Positions 20,951 through 31,789 of a DNA stretch of 64,000 bases are shown one piece after another. Source of the stretch: Mobula hypostoma (lineage: Eukaryota); NCBI RefSeq assembly GCF_963921235.1, contig NC_086101.1, positions 1,736,001 to 1,800,000 of the forward strand, given 5' to 3'. Both the position numbers and the translations under genes were made by a program. The notes beneath the pieces are model-generated. The model ran no database searches. It was not told where the DNA came from and saw only the letters and a program-made list of their open reading frames with translations. Each line of letters starts with the position of its first letter. Position 1 is the first letter of the stretch.

Positions 20951-21569
20951 AGGAGAAGATGGCAGTGCGCCGCGCGCATGCAGCCCTCCGGTGAAAATGA
21001 TATCGTATCTGTTAAATAGGGGCCGTGAACAATTCTGATTTGATGGAGACAGACGTGAAAGCACAGAGGAACATCTGGAAAAATTTCTGAAACGCTCGTT
21101 TGCTGCTGTCGTTATTGTGTGGTCGTGAATCTTTCGGAGGGTAGGCCTCAAAATCCCCGGCCTTGCCTGCTTTTGGCGACCGAGAAGGAGGTCAAATCAT
21201 TCAGACAGAGATGCCGCACAGTAATTGGTATCGGAGGGTTGATCAGAGCTCAAAGTTTTCGGATGACTCAGAGTCAGACCGTGGTCGGGCATGGCAGGGA
21301 GAGTTTTTCTTCCTTCTCCCGTCTGCGTGAGATGTGGGACATTTGAGAGACTTTAAACTTTTACTGTGCTCACGGACTTCTTCATCAAGTTATGGTATTG
21401 TTGCACTGTTGTAACTATATGTTATAATTATGTGGTTTTGTCAGTTTTTTCAGTCTTGGTTTGTCCTGTGTTTTGTGATATCACACCGGAGGAAATATTG
21501 TATCATTTCTTAATGCATGCATTACTAAATGACAATAAAAGAGGACTGTGTGTCTTCATAATCATCATC
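20951..21569 (+). mobile_element. Non-coding LINE-derived (Rex1-like) short element
   Basis: Starts with an AAGATGGC head and ends with AATGACAATAAA plus an (ATC)n tail. It has no coding capacity, and the family assignment is from resemblance only. Confidence 0.55.
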
Positions 21570-22006
21570 AAAGTCTGGAAAACAACGTGCTGTCAACTTG
21601 GAGAGAGATTGTTTTGGAAAGTACAGGAAAACAGTCAACGGCAATGTTCTCAGAAAGTTAAGGGAGTTGCAAGTACACAGCCATAACAGTGGAGATGGGA
21701 GAAACATCTTTTTTCATGGAAAGGTGAGGTGCACGGAACAGTACCAGAGTAAAGGTGTAAAGTGGGCACCTTCTCGGTGCAAGAGGAGAGGCAAGATCAC
21801 AGCTGTTGCTAATGCTGAGATAGAGAAAAGTACGTCAAGTAAATTCGGAATTTGTTAGACAGGGACAGACAGTGGCGTATCTAAGATATGGCAGGTATGG
21901 CATGTGCCCTGGGCGCCACTGAACAGTTTCTATTAAAGTCAGACAAGCCATCCTCGGATAATGAAAAAAGAATTTTCTTCAGATGTATGATCTGTCTTTG
22001 ATTATC

Positions 22007-24867
22007 ATGGGTGAGAAGCGCTAGGATGGCCTTATTTCAGAGCATTGTGTAAGAAGACCGTGAAGCGTTTCTTCACGAAGAAGAAGGAAAGTGGAGCTGA
22101 AGGACGGAAGAGACGAAAGTTGGAGGCAGAGGAAGCCAAGAAGTCAAGCAAGTTCTTCATGCCCTTCTTTGGAAAGCCCGGAACGAGTAGTTCGACACAT
22201 TCCATGGAGTCGCCTGCACCTGCTACAAGTTTGTTAGAATCCGAAGGTGGATCAAGTACAAATGCGTCACAAGCCGAGGAGGAAGTCAAGTCAGATAAAT
22301 CCGAGTATGAGGAGATTAAGAGTGAGGCTGCCACAGAGAACGTGGACATGACAGGAGGGCAAGACGATGGTGGTGGTGGTGATGTTGAGTTTATTGACGA
22401 GATTGAACCTGACGACACTGAACCTAGTGAACTGGATGGTGTCAAAGAGCCTCGAACTGTCATACCAGAAGTGATTGAACAGCATGAGATTGGACTTCTG
22501 AAGTTCGACAAGGATACTGGAAAAGCAATTCTGCCCAATGCGTTGAGAACAGAAATAATAAAGCTGGGTTCGAAGTATTTCCAGAACAGTGAGGGCCTTT
22601 CCTACTAACAAATAACCGTTCAATGAACAAAACTTGGTTCAAGAGGAAATTGGGAAATGGCTGTGGTGAGGAAGTGACTTGCTCATAGCTGGTCTATTCC
22701 CTTTCTAAAAAGTCTGCATTTTGTATCTGTTGTCTTCTCCATTCCCGGTCAGACCATCAATCCTCATTGGAGCAGGAAAGTGGATTCAACCAGTGGAAAA
22801 CACTTGAAAGGATTAGTGTTCACGAAAATGCCAAGAACCATCGGGAATGCTTCACACGGTGGAAAGAAATGGAAAGAAATTTAGCTGGAAACAGAGGAGT
22901 TATTGACGTGGTATTTCAGTCACAGATTGAGAAGGAAAAGCAGAAGTGGTGTGATATCTTAATGAGAATCCTTCACTGCATAAAATTCCTTGCGAATCAG
23001 AACCTGGCTTTGCGAGGACACAGGGAGTCACTTCAGCTAGCCGATGACTCCAAATTTCCTTGGCTTACTGAAACTACTGGCCATCTTTGACCCTGTCATA
23101 AAAGAACACCTCACTCATTTGGAAAGTCATCCTGGATCCACATCTTATCTTTCACTGGGTGTCCAGAACGAATTCATCCACATGATGGCATCCACTGTTC
23201 ACCAGAGTTTACTGAGAAGCATTCCTAAAGCCAAGTACTATGGTCTCATGTTCGACTCTACTCCTGATCAGGCACACCGTGAGCAGGTGTCAGAAGTAGT
23301 GAGGTATGTGGAAGTTGATTTTGAGAGGAAAACAGTTCAGGTTAGAGAGTCCTTCCTTGGTTTTATCCAGATAAGTCAGAAGGATGCTGAGAGCTTGGCT
23401 GAAGACATCTTGAAACAGTTTGAGAAGGACGAAAAGGAGCTACAAGATTGTCGGTCACAGTGCTATGACAATGCTGCTGTGATGGCTGAACACAGAAGTG
23501 GTGTTCATCAAAGAATAAGTGAGAAAAACAACCTGACAGTGTTTGTGAATTGCGACAATCACTCACTCAACTTGGTGGGTGTACATGCAGCCAAGCAGGA
23601 CACAATGATGGTAAGACACATCAAAGTTGCTGGTGAACGCAGCAGGCCAGGCAGCATCTCTAGGAAGAGGTACAGTCGACGTTTCGGGCCGAGACCCTTC
23701 ACCAGGACTAACTGAAGGAAGAGCTAGTAAGAGATTTGAAAGTGGGAGGGGGATACAATGATGGTCACGTTTTTTGAAACCATTAAATCTCTCTACGTGT
23801 TTTTCTCTCACTTAACACAGCGCTGGGAAAATCTCAAAAACGCCGTGCCTGTGGTTGTTAAGTCGGAGTCCGAAACCAGGTGGAGTGCAAGGACAGAAGC
23901 AGTGAAGCCCGTCAACAAGTACCTTGAGGAGATACTTCAAGTTCTCCAGGACCTGATAGACAATGAAAACAAGACCAGTCAAACAAGAAGTGACACAAGG
24001 CAGCATGACAACCGCATGTTGAGTTACGATTTTCTGATTTTTCTAGGATTTTGGAACAAAGTACTCATTCACATTAACTGTATTCAAAAGAGGTTGCAGG
24101 ATCCTAGCATGAACTTCCACGATGCTGCCCTGGATTTGAAAGCCCTCCGAGATCACTTTTATGATGAAAGAGAAGTGTTGGTCAGTGAGTTACTCGAAGA
24201 AGGAGTCGGTCTCTGTCAAGAATGGAATACTGAAGTTGAAAGATGTCAGAGACGAAAGAAACAAATGGTTGATGAGAACTCGAGAGATGCTGGGTTAATG
24301 GCTAAGGAGGAAATGGGAAGAGTCATGCAGGGAACACTCGACCATTTTCACAGAGTAATGAATGAAAGGTTCGCTTGTTTGCACGACACTGTCGCCAAGT
24401 TTGGGTTCCTTCTCGATGTCGAGGGACTGTGTTACGGCATCGACAGTAATGACCTAAAGAAGAAGTGCAAAAATTTGGGTGAATTGTACAGCTCTGATGC
24501 TGATGGACAGCAGCTACATGAAGAAATTTTGGATTGCAAAATGTTACTATCAAGGCGGGTCAACATGAAAATATCAAGACTTGAAGAGCTTCTTGAATTT
24601 ATTGTTCAGTATGGAGATGAGAGCGTCTTCCCCAATCTTCGTATTGCTATTCAGATAATGCTAACCATCGCAGTTTCCATCACCAGATGTCAGAAATCAT
24701 TCAGCAAGTTAAAACTAATACTTTCGTATTTGAGAGCCTCCATGGGTCAAGGCAGCCTCTGTGATCTTGCTCTGCTGAGTGTAGAAAGAGAAGAAACTGA
24801 AAAAATTGACTTTGATCACATCATAGACCAATTTGCATCAGTGAAAGCAAGGAAGGTGCAGTTATAA
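22007..24867 (+). pseudogene. hAT transposase pseudogene (ZMYM1-like/Tip100 type), frameshifted and interrupted
   Basis: Motifs NLALRGHRE, FDSTPD, QCYDNAAVM, CDNHSLNL, ETRWSAR and the dimerisation domain FPNLRIAIQIMLTIAVS...SFSKLKLI are spread over ORFs 22045, 22767, 23044 and 23758. Confidence 0.92.
23613..23750 (-). mobile_element. 138-bp Penelope-type hammerhead-bearing insertion inside the transposase
   Basis: 15-bp duplication GGA(C/T)ACAATGATGGT at 23598-23612 and 23751-23765. The minus strand reads AGTC-CTGGTGA-AGGGTCTCGGCCC-GAAA-CGTC-GACT. Confidence 0.88.
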
Positions 24868-25033
24868 TTTTCATGTAGTGCCATAATTTGTTAATTAAAA
24901 GATTAACAGGCTTCACTTGTGTTTTTAAGCTGATGTTATGGTAAAGTTATCTAAAAGATGGGTGTCAGATGTTTGGACAGGGGCACAATTTCAGTGCTTG
25001 TCATAGGCGCTATTTTCCGTAGATACACCCCTG

Positions 25034-25084
25034 GGGACAGAGACACAGAGAGAGACAGGGACAGACAGACAGAGAGACAGTGAC

Positions 25085-25123
<39 letters not shown>

Positions 25124-25135
25124 AGAGAGAGATAG
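25034..25135. repeat. (GACA)n/(GA)n compound microsatellite
   Basis: Directly visible. Confidence 0.9.
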
Positions 25136-25231
25136 AGGTTTGCTTCTTATCGTGTTTTTCCTGTTTGCAAATATATACTGTATGCATATCCCCTGAACTG
25201 AACTAGAAAATATTTGAAAATATTTTTGTTT

Positions 25232-28160
25232 ACATAAGACCATAAGACATGGGAGCAGAATAAGGCCGTTCAGCCCATCGATTCTGCTCTTCCATTCCAT
25301 CACGGCTGATCTCGGATCCCACTCAACCCCACACACCTGCCTTCTCAACATATCCTTTGATACCCCAAAGGTAAAATTTATAAGGTCATTAGACCATAAG
25401 ACATAGGAGCTTAAATGGGCAATTTGGCCCATCGAGTTTGCTCCACCATCCAATCGTGGCTGATCCTACTTTTCCTCTCATCAGCCCCACTCCTCAGCCT
25501 TCTCCCCATAACCTTTGATGCCATGTCCAATCAAGAACCTATTAATCTCCACCTAAAATACACCCAACCACCTGTCTGTGGTAACAAATCCGCCACCCTC
25601 CAGCAGAAGAAATTTCTTGTGTACTCAGTTTTAAATGGACGCCCAAGGCTGTGCCCTCTTGTCCTCGACTTTTCACACCTACTCTGTACCAGCCTTTCAG
25701 CATTCGAAAGGTTTCAATGAGATCCTCCCTCATCCTTCTGAATTCCAGCGAGTACAGACCCCGAGCCACCAAACGTTCTTCCTACGATAAATCTTTCATT
25801 CTCAGAATCATCCTTGTGGAAATCCACTGGACCCTCTCCAATGCCAGCTCGTCTTTTCATAAATGAGGAGCCCAAAACTGTACACAATACTCAAGGTGGG
25901 GCCTCACCACTGCCTTATAAAGCCTCAGCACAACATCCTTGCACTTATTTTCTAGACCCCTCGAAACAAATGCTAACATAATATTTGCCTTCCTCACCAC
26001 AGACTCAACCTGCAAGTTAATCTTTAGAGTGTTCTGCACAAGGACTCCCAAGTCTCTTGCATCTCAGATTTTTGGATTTTCTCCCCATTTAGACAATAGT
26101 CTGCACATTTATTTCTTCCTACACAGTGCATGAGCATGCATTTCTCAATTGTACAACATTTGTGTTTTATTTGCCTGTCTTGTGATCCAACACTAACCTG
26201 GTTTTCCCAATCTCCTTACATATTGAAGTCCGCCATTACAACTGTGGCACTGCCCTTACCATATGCCCTTTCCAGCTCCCTTTGCAATCTCAACGCTGCA
26301 TCATGGCTACCATTTGAAAGCCTACATATGATTCCCTGAATCTTTTTTACCCTTGCAATTTCTTAACTCCACCTACAAGATTCAACTTTCTCTGACCCAA
26401 TGTCACCTCTTTCTAAAGATGTAATTCCATCTTTTACCATCAGAGCCACACCATCGCCTACGCCTTCCTGCCTGTTCTTTTGATACAAAGTCTATCCTTT
26501 GATGTTAAGCTCCCAACCATGGCCCTCTTTCAGCCACGACTCAGTGAAGCCCACGACGTCATAGCGACCAATCTCTAATTGTGCTATGAGTTTATCCACC
26601 TTATTCTGAATACTCCATGCATTTAAATGCAGCACTCTCAGTCCTGCATCCTTCACCTTTTTTAAATTTTGCCTCTCTGGTACAATTTAACTATTTGCTC
26701 TGTCTGCATTTGTACTCAATCATTGGCTTGTCCTTCCTTACGTTCATGTTACACCCATCATCTACTTGTAAACCTGCTGGCTCAGCCTCAGCTCTATCAT
26801 CCTGGTTCCCATCCCCTGTCATGTTAGTTTAAACCGATCCTGACAGCTCTAGTAAATCTGCCCACAAGGATACTGGATCCCCTCAGATTCAAGTGCAACT
26901 CGTCCCTAGGAGGCGGAGCTTCAGAGGATTAATGGCACCCAATGGTGACTCTCTTGCTTGCAACTTCAGAAACAGCTATATTTTCATTTTTAATATTTCT
27001 ATTTTCCCCTTTCGGGGTTCTTTTGAAGACCCTGACCTGGAGTTACACGCTGATCTCAGTTCTTTGTGGGAATGGGACCCGCTCTTGGGGTTTCACAAAT
27101 GGCCGTTGTTCAGCACACCAGTGGCTCAGCCTAAGAGCTCTGCTCCCCTTTGGAAGACTGAGATTCCGTGGCTCTGGAGACAGTGGGATCGGAGGTCTGT
27201 GTCCGAGCAGAAAACCGGTGTGTCATGGGAGATGGAAGATCTCTGGCTGTGTGACCAGAAACCCAAGATCTTTGGGCACAGAGCTCAGAAAAAGTGATGC
27301 AACAGACTTTTAACATTATAAACCAGCGAGTTGTTTATGTCTCCCCTCTCACTGTGAAACAGAGACATCGCTTTCTCCCTCATTAGGGAGAGAGAGAGCC
27401 TGTGGAATGTCAAATACTGGGTGAAACGCAAAGTCTACGGGGTACTGCAAGTCTGTGTCTTGCTGTTGCTTTGCTCACACAAGAGTGCTCGGTGGCAGGT
27501 GCCAATGTTTTTTTTTGCCGGTGGGGGTAGAGAGGATTGTTGCTTGCTACTGCTTATGCACGGGAGGAAGGGGAGCTGGGCGGGGTGTGCTTTGGGGTTC
27601 TAACATTTAACTTTTGTTCATTCTTTGGGGCAGTCCTCTGTTTTCGTAGATGGTTGTAAAGAAAAGGCATTTCGGGATGTATATTGTATACATTTCTCTG
27701 ACATTCAATGGACCTTTGAAACCTTTGTACAGGTCCCACCTGCTCCAGAAGTGGTCCAAATAATCCAGAAATCTGAATCCCTGTCCCCTGCTTCAGTTCT
27801 TTAGCCATCCTATTCTGTTCCTAACCTCACTGGCACGTGGCACAGACAGCAATCCCGAGATTACTACCCTTGAGGTCCTGCGTCTCAACTTCCTTCCTAA
27901 CTCCCTGTAGTCTGTTTATCCTTCTTTTTTCTACCTATGTTGTTGGTACGAATGTGAACCATGACTTCTGGCTGCTCACTGCCCCTTGCAGGATATTGTG
28001 GAGATGTTCAGAAACATAGCGACCCTGCCACCTGACAGCCAAACTACCATCTGTGCTTATTTTTTTGCGTACACAGAATCGGCTGTCTGCCCCCCTAACT
28101 ATAGAGTTCCCTATTACTGCTGCCATCCTCTTCAGTTCCCTACCCTTCTGGCCACAGGCC
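25232..28160 (-). mobile_element. CR1 LINE pieces from the 3'UTR back to ORF1, internally deleted, with a nested insertion at ~26907-27725
   Basis: VVRPHLEYCVQFW in ORF 25857..26051 and the ORF1 motif AVIGNSIVRGADSRFC in ORF 27935..28126. Confidence 0.8.
26907..27725 (+). mobile_element. Non-coding LINE-derived element with a CTTTGAA-type tail
   Basis: It interrupts CR1 ORF1 between AAGTGCAACTCGTCCC and TTGTACAGGTCCC, and the tail resembles that at ~19060. Confidence 0.55.
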
Positions 28161-28711
28161 CTGAATCACTGCCATTATCTTCAAGGACAACAGCCAGGAT
28201 CTGGACAGTGCAGGCCCCACTGCTGGTATCTCCAAGGGCAACGGCCAGGCTGTGAATAGTGCAGGCCCCACTGCTGGTGTGTTGAAAGGGAGTAGACGGG
28301 CTGTAGACAGTACAGCCCCCACTGCAGGTATGTCCGAGGCCGGGCTGTGCACAGTATGGCCCCATATGACTTTAAGACATGGGAGCAGAATTAGGCTATT
28401 TGGCCCATCGAGTCTACTCTGCCATTCAAACATGAACAATCCTTTTATCCTCTCCCCAGCCCCACTTCCCGGTCTTCTCCCCGTAACCTTTGGTGCCATG
28501 TCCAATCAAGAACCTATCAATATCTGCCTTAAATACATCCAATGACCTGCCCTCCACAGCTGCCTGTGCCACACCACCCTCTGGCTAAAGAAATTTCTCC
28601 ACATCACAGTTTTAAATGAACAGCCCTCTATCCTGAGGCTGTGCCCTCTTATCCTAGACTCCCCCACCATGTGAAACATTCTTTCCACATTTACCCTGTC
28701 TCAGCCTTATA

Positions 28712-29287
28712 CCATTAGCCGGCTGCTCGACCGTGGTTTTTCGGTCAGGTGCTGGACACTCGGAGAGATTCGGCGGGGGCGGGCGCCTGGTGCTCGGCCG
28801 GGGGCCGTGGTCGAGTGGTCGGCGACTTGGGCGGGATCCCCCACTGGACTTAGTCTGGTGAGGAGGGTGTGAGGACACCCAGCAGGACTAAAAAAACAAG
28901 ACCTGACAAAGAGCAGATGAGCTCCTTGTGAGCCAACGGCCATCTTCCGTGGAAGAGATTAAAGCCTCACCACGTATCTACGAATCGTATGCTATGCACC
29001 TAGTTAGAAGAGACATGATGAACTCGGGCCCTGCCCCGTGTGCCTGGACCTGCCCAAGGCCTCCACCTAAGGAAGGGCCGAGCTCGAAGAAGCGTCCGCA
29101 GCTGGAAGCCAACACGGCCTCGGGCACGAGTTCGGCAGGGGCAGTGGAGGGCGGTGCCAAGGCGGCCAGCGAGAACAAACTGGAGGAGAGGCTGTACTCG
29201 GTGCTGTCGCAAGATCGAAGAAGATGGAGGTGCATAGCCAGCAACCCCAGATTCGGGACGGCACCCACTGACTGACTGACTGACTGA
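28712..29287 (+). mobile_element. Short non-autonomous RTE-like element, second family, full-length copy
   Basis: Duplication GCCTTATA at 28704-28711 and 29289-29296, a (CTGA)n tail, and a 3' part reading SQDRRRWR like an RTE ORF C-terminus. A second copy lies at 35535-36006. Confidence 0.85.
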
Positions 29288-29450
29288 GGCCTTATAACAT
29301 TCGAAAAGTTCCAACGAGAACCCACCACCATCCCCATCCTTCTAAACGTCCAGGCCCAGAGCTATCAAAAGTTCCTTATATGACATCCGTTTCATCGCTA
29401 TGAACCTTCTCTGAAACCTCTCCATTGCCAGCACATCTTTTCTTAGTTAA

Positions 29451-31340
29451 TGTTGGCAAGAAAGAACTACAGTCTACAAATTAGCAGATTCAATGAATCA
29501 AGGACAGGGAAGCGGACAAACCAATTGTCTTTGTTAACCCCATTTTGTTGACTCTGAACTGATTCTTGCCCTGGGATAGTCTAATGAGAGCAATTGAATG
29601 TGGACACAAGGAGCTTCAGCTAATGGCCTGCTCAATCTGAGACCATTCTCAGATCAGTAGCTACTTATTTATGTAAAATGCCAGACCTACCAAATAAAAA
29701 TCTGTTAGACTGTCTGGGTCGCCTAGTTTAACTGTTCTTTTACTAGTCAGAGTTGAAAGACACAAATACACAAGGCTGTGTCGGCAAAACCATGAGATGA
29801 TGTTTGTTATATCCCTGGACGAGAACCAGTGAGAAGGCGACTCAGTTAGGTCGGGTGACCTTGAGCCAGTGGGATGAAGGTACATCAGTTCAATTGATGA
29901 GAAACACTGAGAGTCAGGAGCTCCAAATACTCTCCAGCAACCAGAGACCAAGGAGGACCTCACGGACACGTGGAGATCGGGACTACGAGCAACGCCTGGC
30001 CAACTTTCCCGCGTGATACCTTTTCTCTTCATTGACTGTTCGTGGAGGGTGAGAAATTCTCGTAGGGCGCGCACAGATGGTAAATACAGATTTTCCGTGT
30101 CTCTCTGATCGTCCTTAAAGCGGTGATTCTTGTAACAGAATTAGCGTCGCTGTTCAGGGCTCGGGGATAAAACTCTCCGTTGAGCGGCAGACTCGAATCG
30201 GACCACATGGGTGCGGACCAGAGAGATCTGTGGCTGGGTTACTGACCCAGGATGGAGAATTGAGGAAATTCTGCAAGGCGGCAGGATTGTTTCGATCGGT
30301 GGGGGTCCGTGAGGAGGAAGCGGCCGCAATATGAGGGTTTGTCAGTCACCCCGGCTGTGAAGGGAAAACGGCCAGGAAGCAGTTGGCTGCTTAATTGAGG
30401 ATCTGATAGAATTACGACAGAATACCAAGGCAGAACCACTCCGATTAGAAACGGAAAACAAATACTGCAAAGAGCAGAAGCGGGGCGAGGGAGGTTCGGA
30501 GGAAAACATAAAGGACTCCAAAAGGAGCTAGAAAACTTCAGAGAAAAAGTGACTGACTTACAGGGTCAAAGGGGTATGGCCAGGTTCAGATGAAATGTGA
30601 GAAATTACTTAAAGTGAACTAGAGGAAGCAGTTGAATTAGCGAAGGGTGAAGGAAACAGTGCGGTGATCTAATGACGGCTATGAATGCGATTAAGAAATC
30701 AGCACAGGAAAGGACGAGTAACACTGGAGATCATGCAAAGTGCTTAAAGCAGATTAAAAAGCTGCAGGACCAACCTGCGGCACAACGAGGAATAATATGT
30801 GCTTTTGGATCTGAAAGAGGGGAGGAAGGTGAATATGGAGATATTCATTGGAGTGATTTAGCAGATGAAACTACTAGATACAGTTACAATACTTACGAAG
30901 CACCATTTCCCGAGGAACTCCCACCGTCACCCTACCAACGGGAGCCGGTGCTACCGTCTGCACGATTGGCACCCCGAGTTACTATCAGGGAGGGGGGAGC
31001 AGGGAGAGCAGATCAAAATCAGAATATAGCACACACCACTCTGTTCGTGGTACGGCAACTTAGAGATACTGCTATAGATATTGGGACATGTGTGCTCGGA
31101 GACAATCCTCGAGAGTTTTTCAAATCAACTAGTCATCACAGAGTAATATCTGGCCTCGATGACTCCAAGAGAAGAAAATTGAGTTTACTGTGTTTGCATC
31201 CAAATATACATCAGTTTCCAGATACTGTTTACAATGGTGGTGGAAGAAGTGAGGAATTAAAGTCCGCAACGTTCACTGTTACGGGTGTTGACAAAGCGGG
31301 CCGGTAGAGGCTCTGGCCAAATCTTCCCAAAGGAAAGGGT
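29451..31340 (+). mobile_element. LTR retroelement/ERV-like 5' remnant (LTR-like region, leader, decayed gag-like frame)
   Basis: Begins TGTTGG at a break in CR1 and has AATAAA at 29693. A purine-rich coiled-coil-like region at ~30330-30670 is followed by ORF 30672..31307 with a Pro-rich segment. No PBS was identified. Confidence 0.55.
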
Positions 31341-31789
31341 GAATATTTCTATTAGACCGTATCAGACAGGAGCAGAATTAGGCCATTCAGCCCATCGATC
31401 CTGCTCCACCATTCCATCACAGCAGAGCCCGTATCCCACTCCTCAGCATAAACCTGATGCCCTGACCGATAAGGAAACGATCAGCTTCCGCCTTCAATAT
31501 AACCACGGACTTGACCTCCACCACAGTCTTCGGCAGAGCATTCCACAGGTTTACTGTCTAGCTAAAAAAAAAATCCTCCTCGTCTCTGTTCTAAAAGTTC
31601 AATTTTGGGGCTGTGCCCTCTAGTTCTGGATACCTTCACCATAGGAAATAATCCTCTCTACATCCACACTATCGAGTCCTTTCAACATTCGGTAGTTTTC
31701 AATGAGATACCCCCGAATTCTACTAAGTTCCAGAGAGTACAGACCCAAAGCTGCCAAACACTCCTCATATTGGACTCTGTCCAATGACA

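Larger units (their letters stand above)
21870..25033 (+). mobile_element. Full-length hAT DNA transposon
   Basis: 14-bp imperfect TIRs (CAGTGGCGTATCTA and TAGATACACCCCTG) and a perfect 8-bp TSD GGGACAGA at 21862-21869 and 25034-25041. Confidence 0.95.

Noticed and set aside
22007..24867. Domesticated ZMYM1-like host gene
   Set aside because: TIRs, TSD, frameshifts and an internal insertion show it is a dead transposon copy.
28850..28900. Hammerhead core at CTGGTGAG in the RTE-like element
   Set aside because: It does not match CUGANGA, and no GAAA follows a stem II in either copy.
30918..30936. PPxY late domain in the gag-like ORF
   Set aside because: The sequence is PPSPY, which does not fit PPxY spacing.
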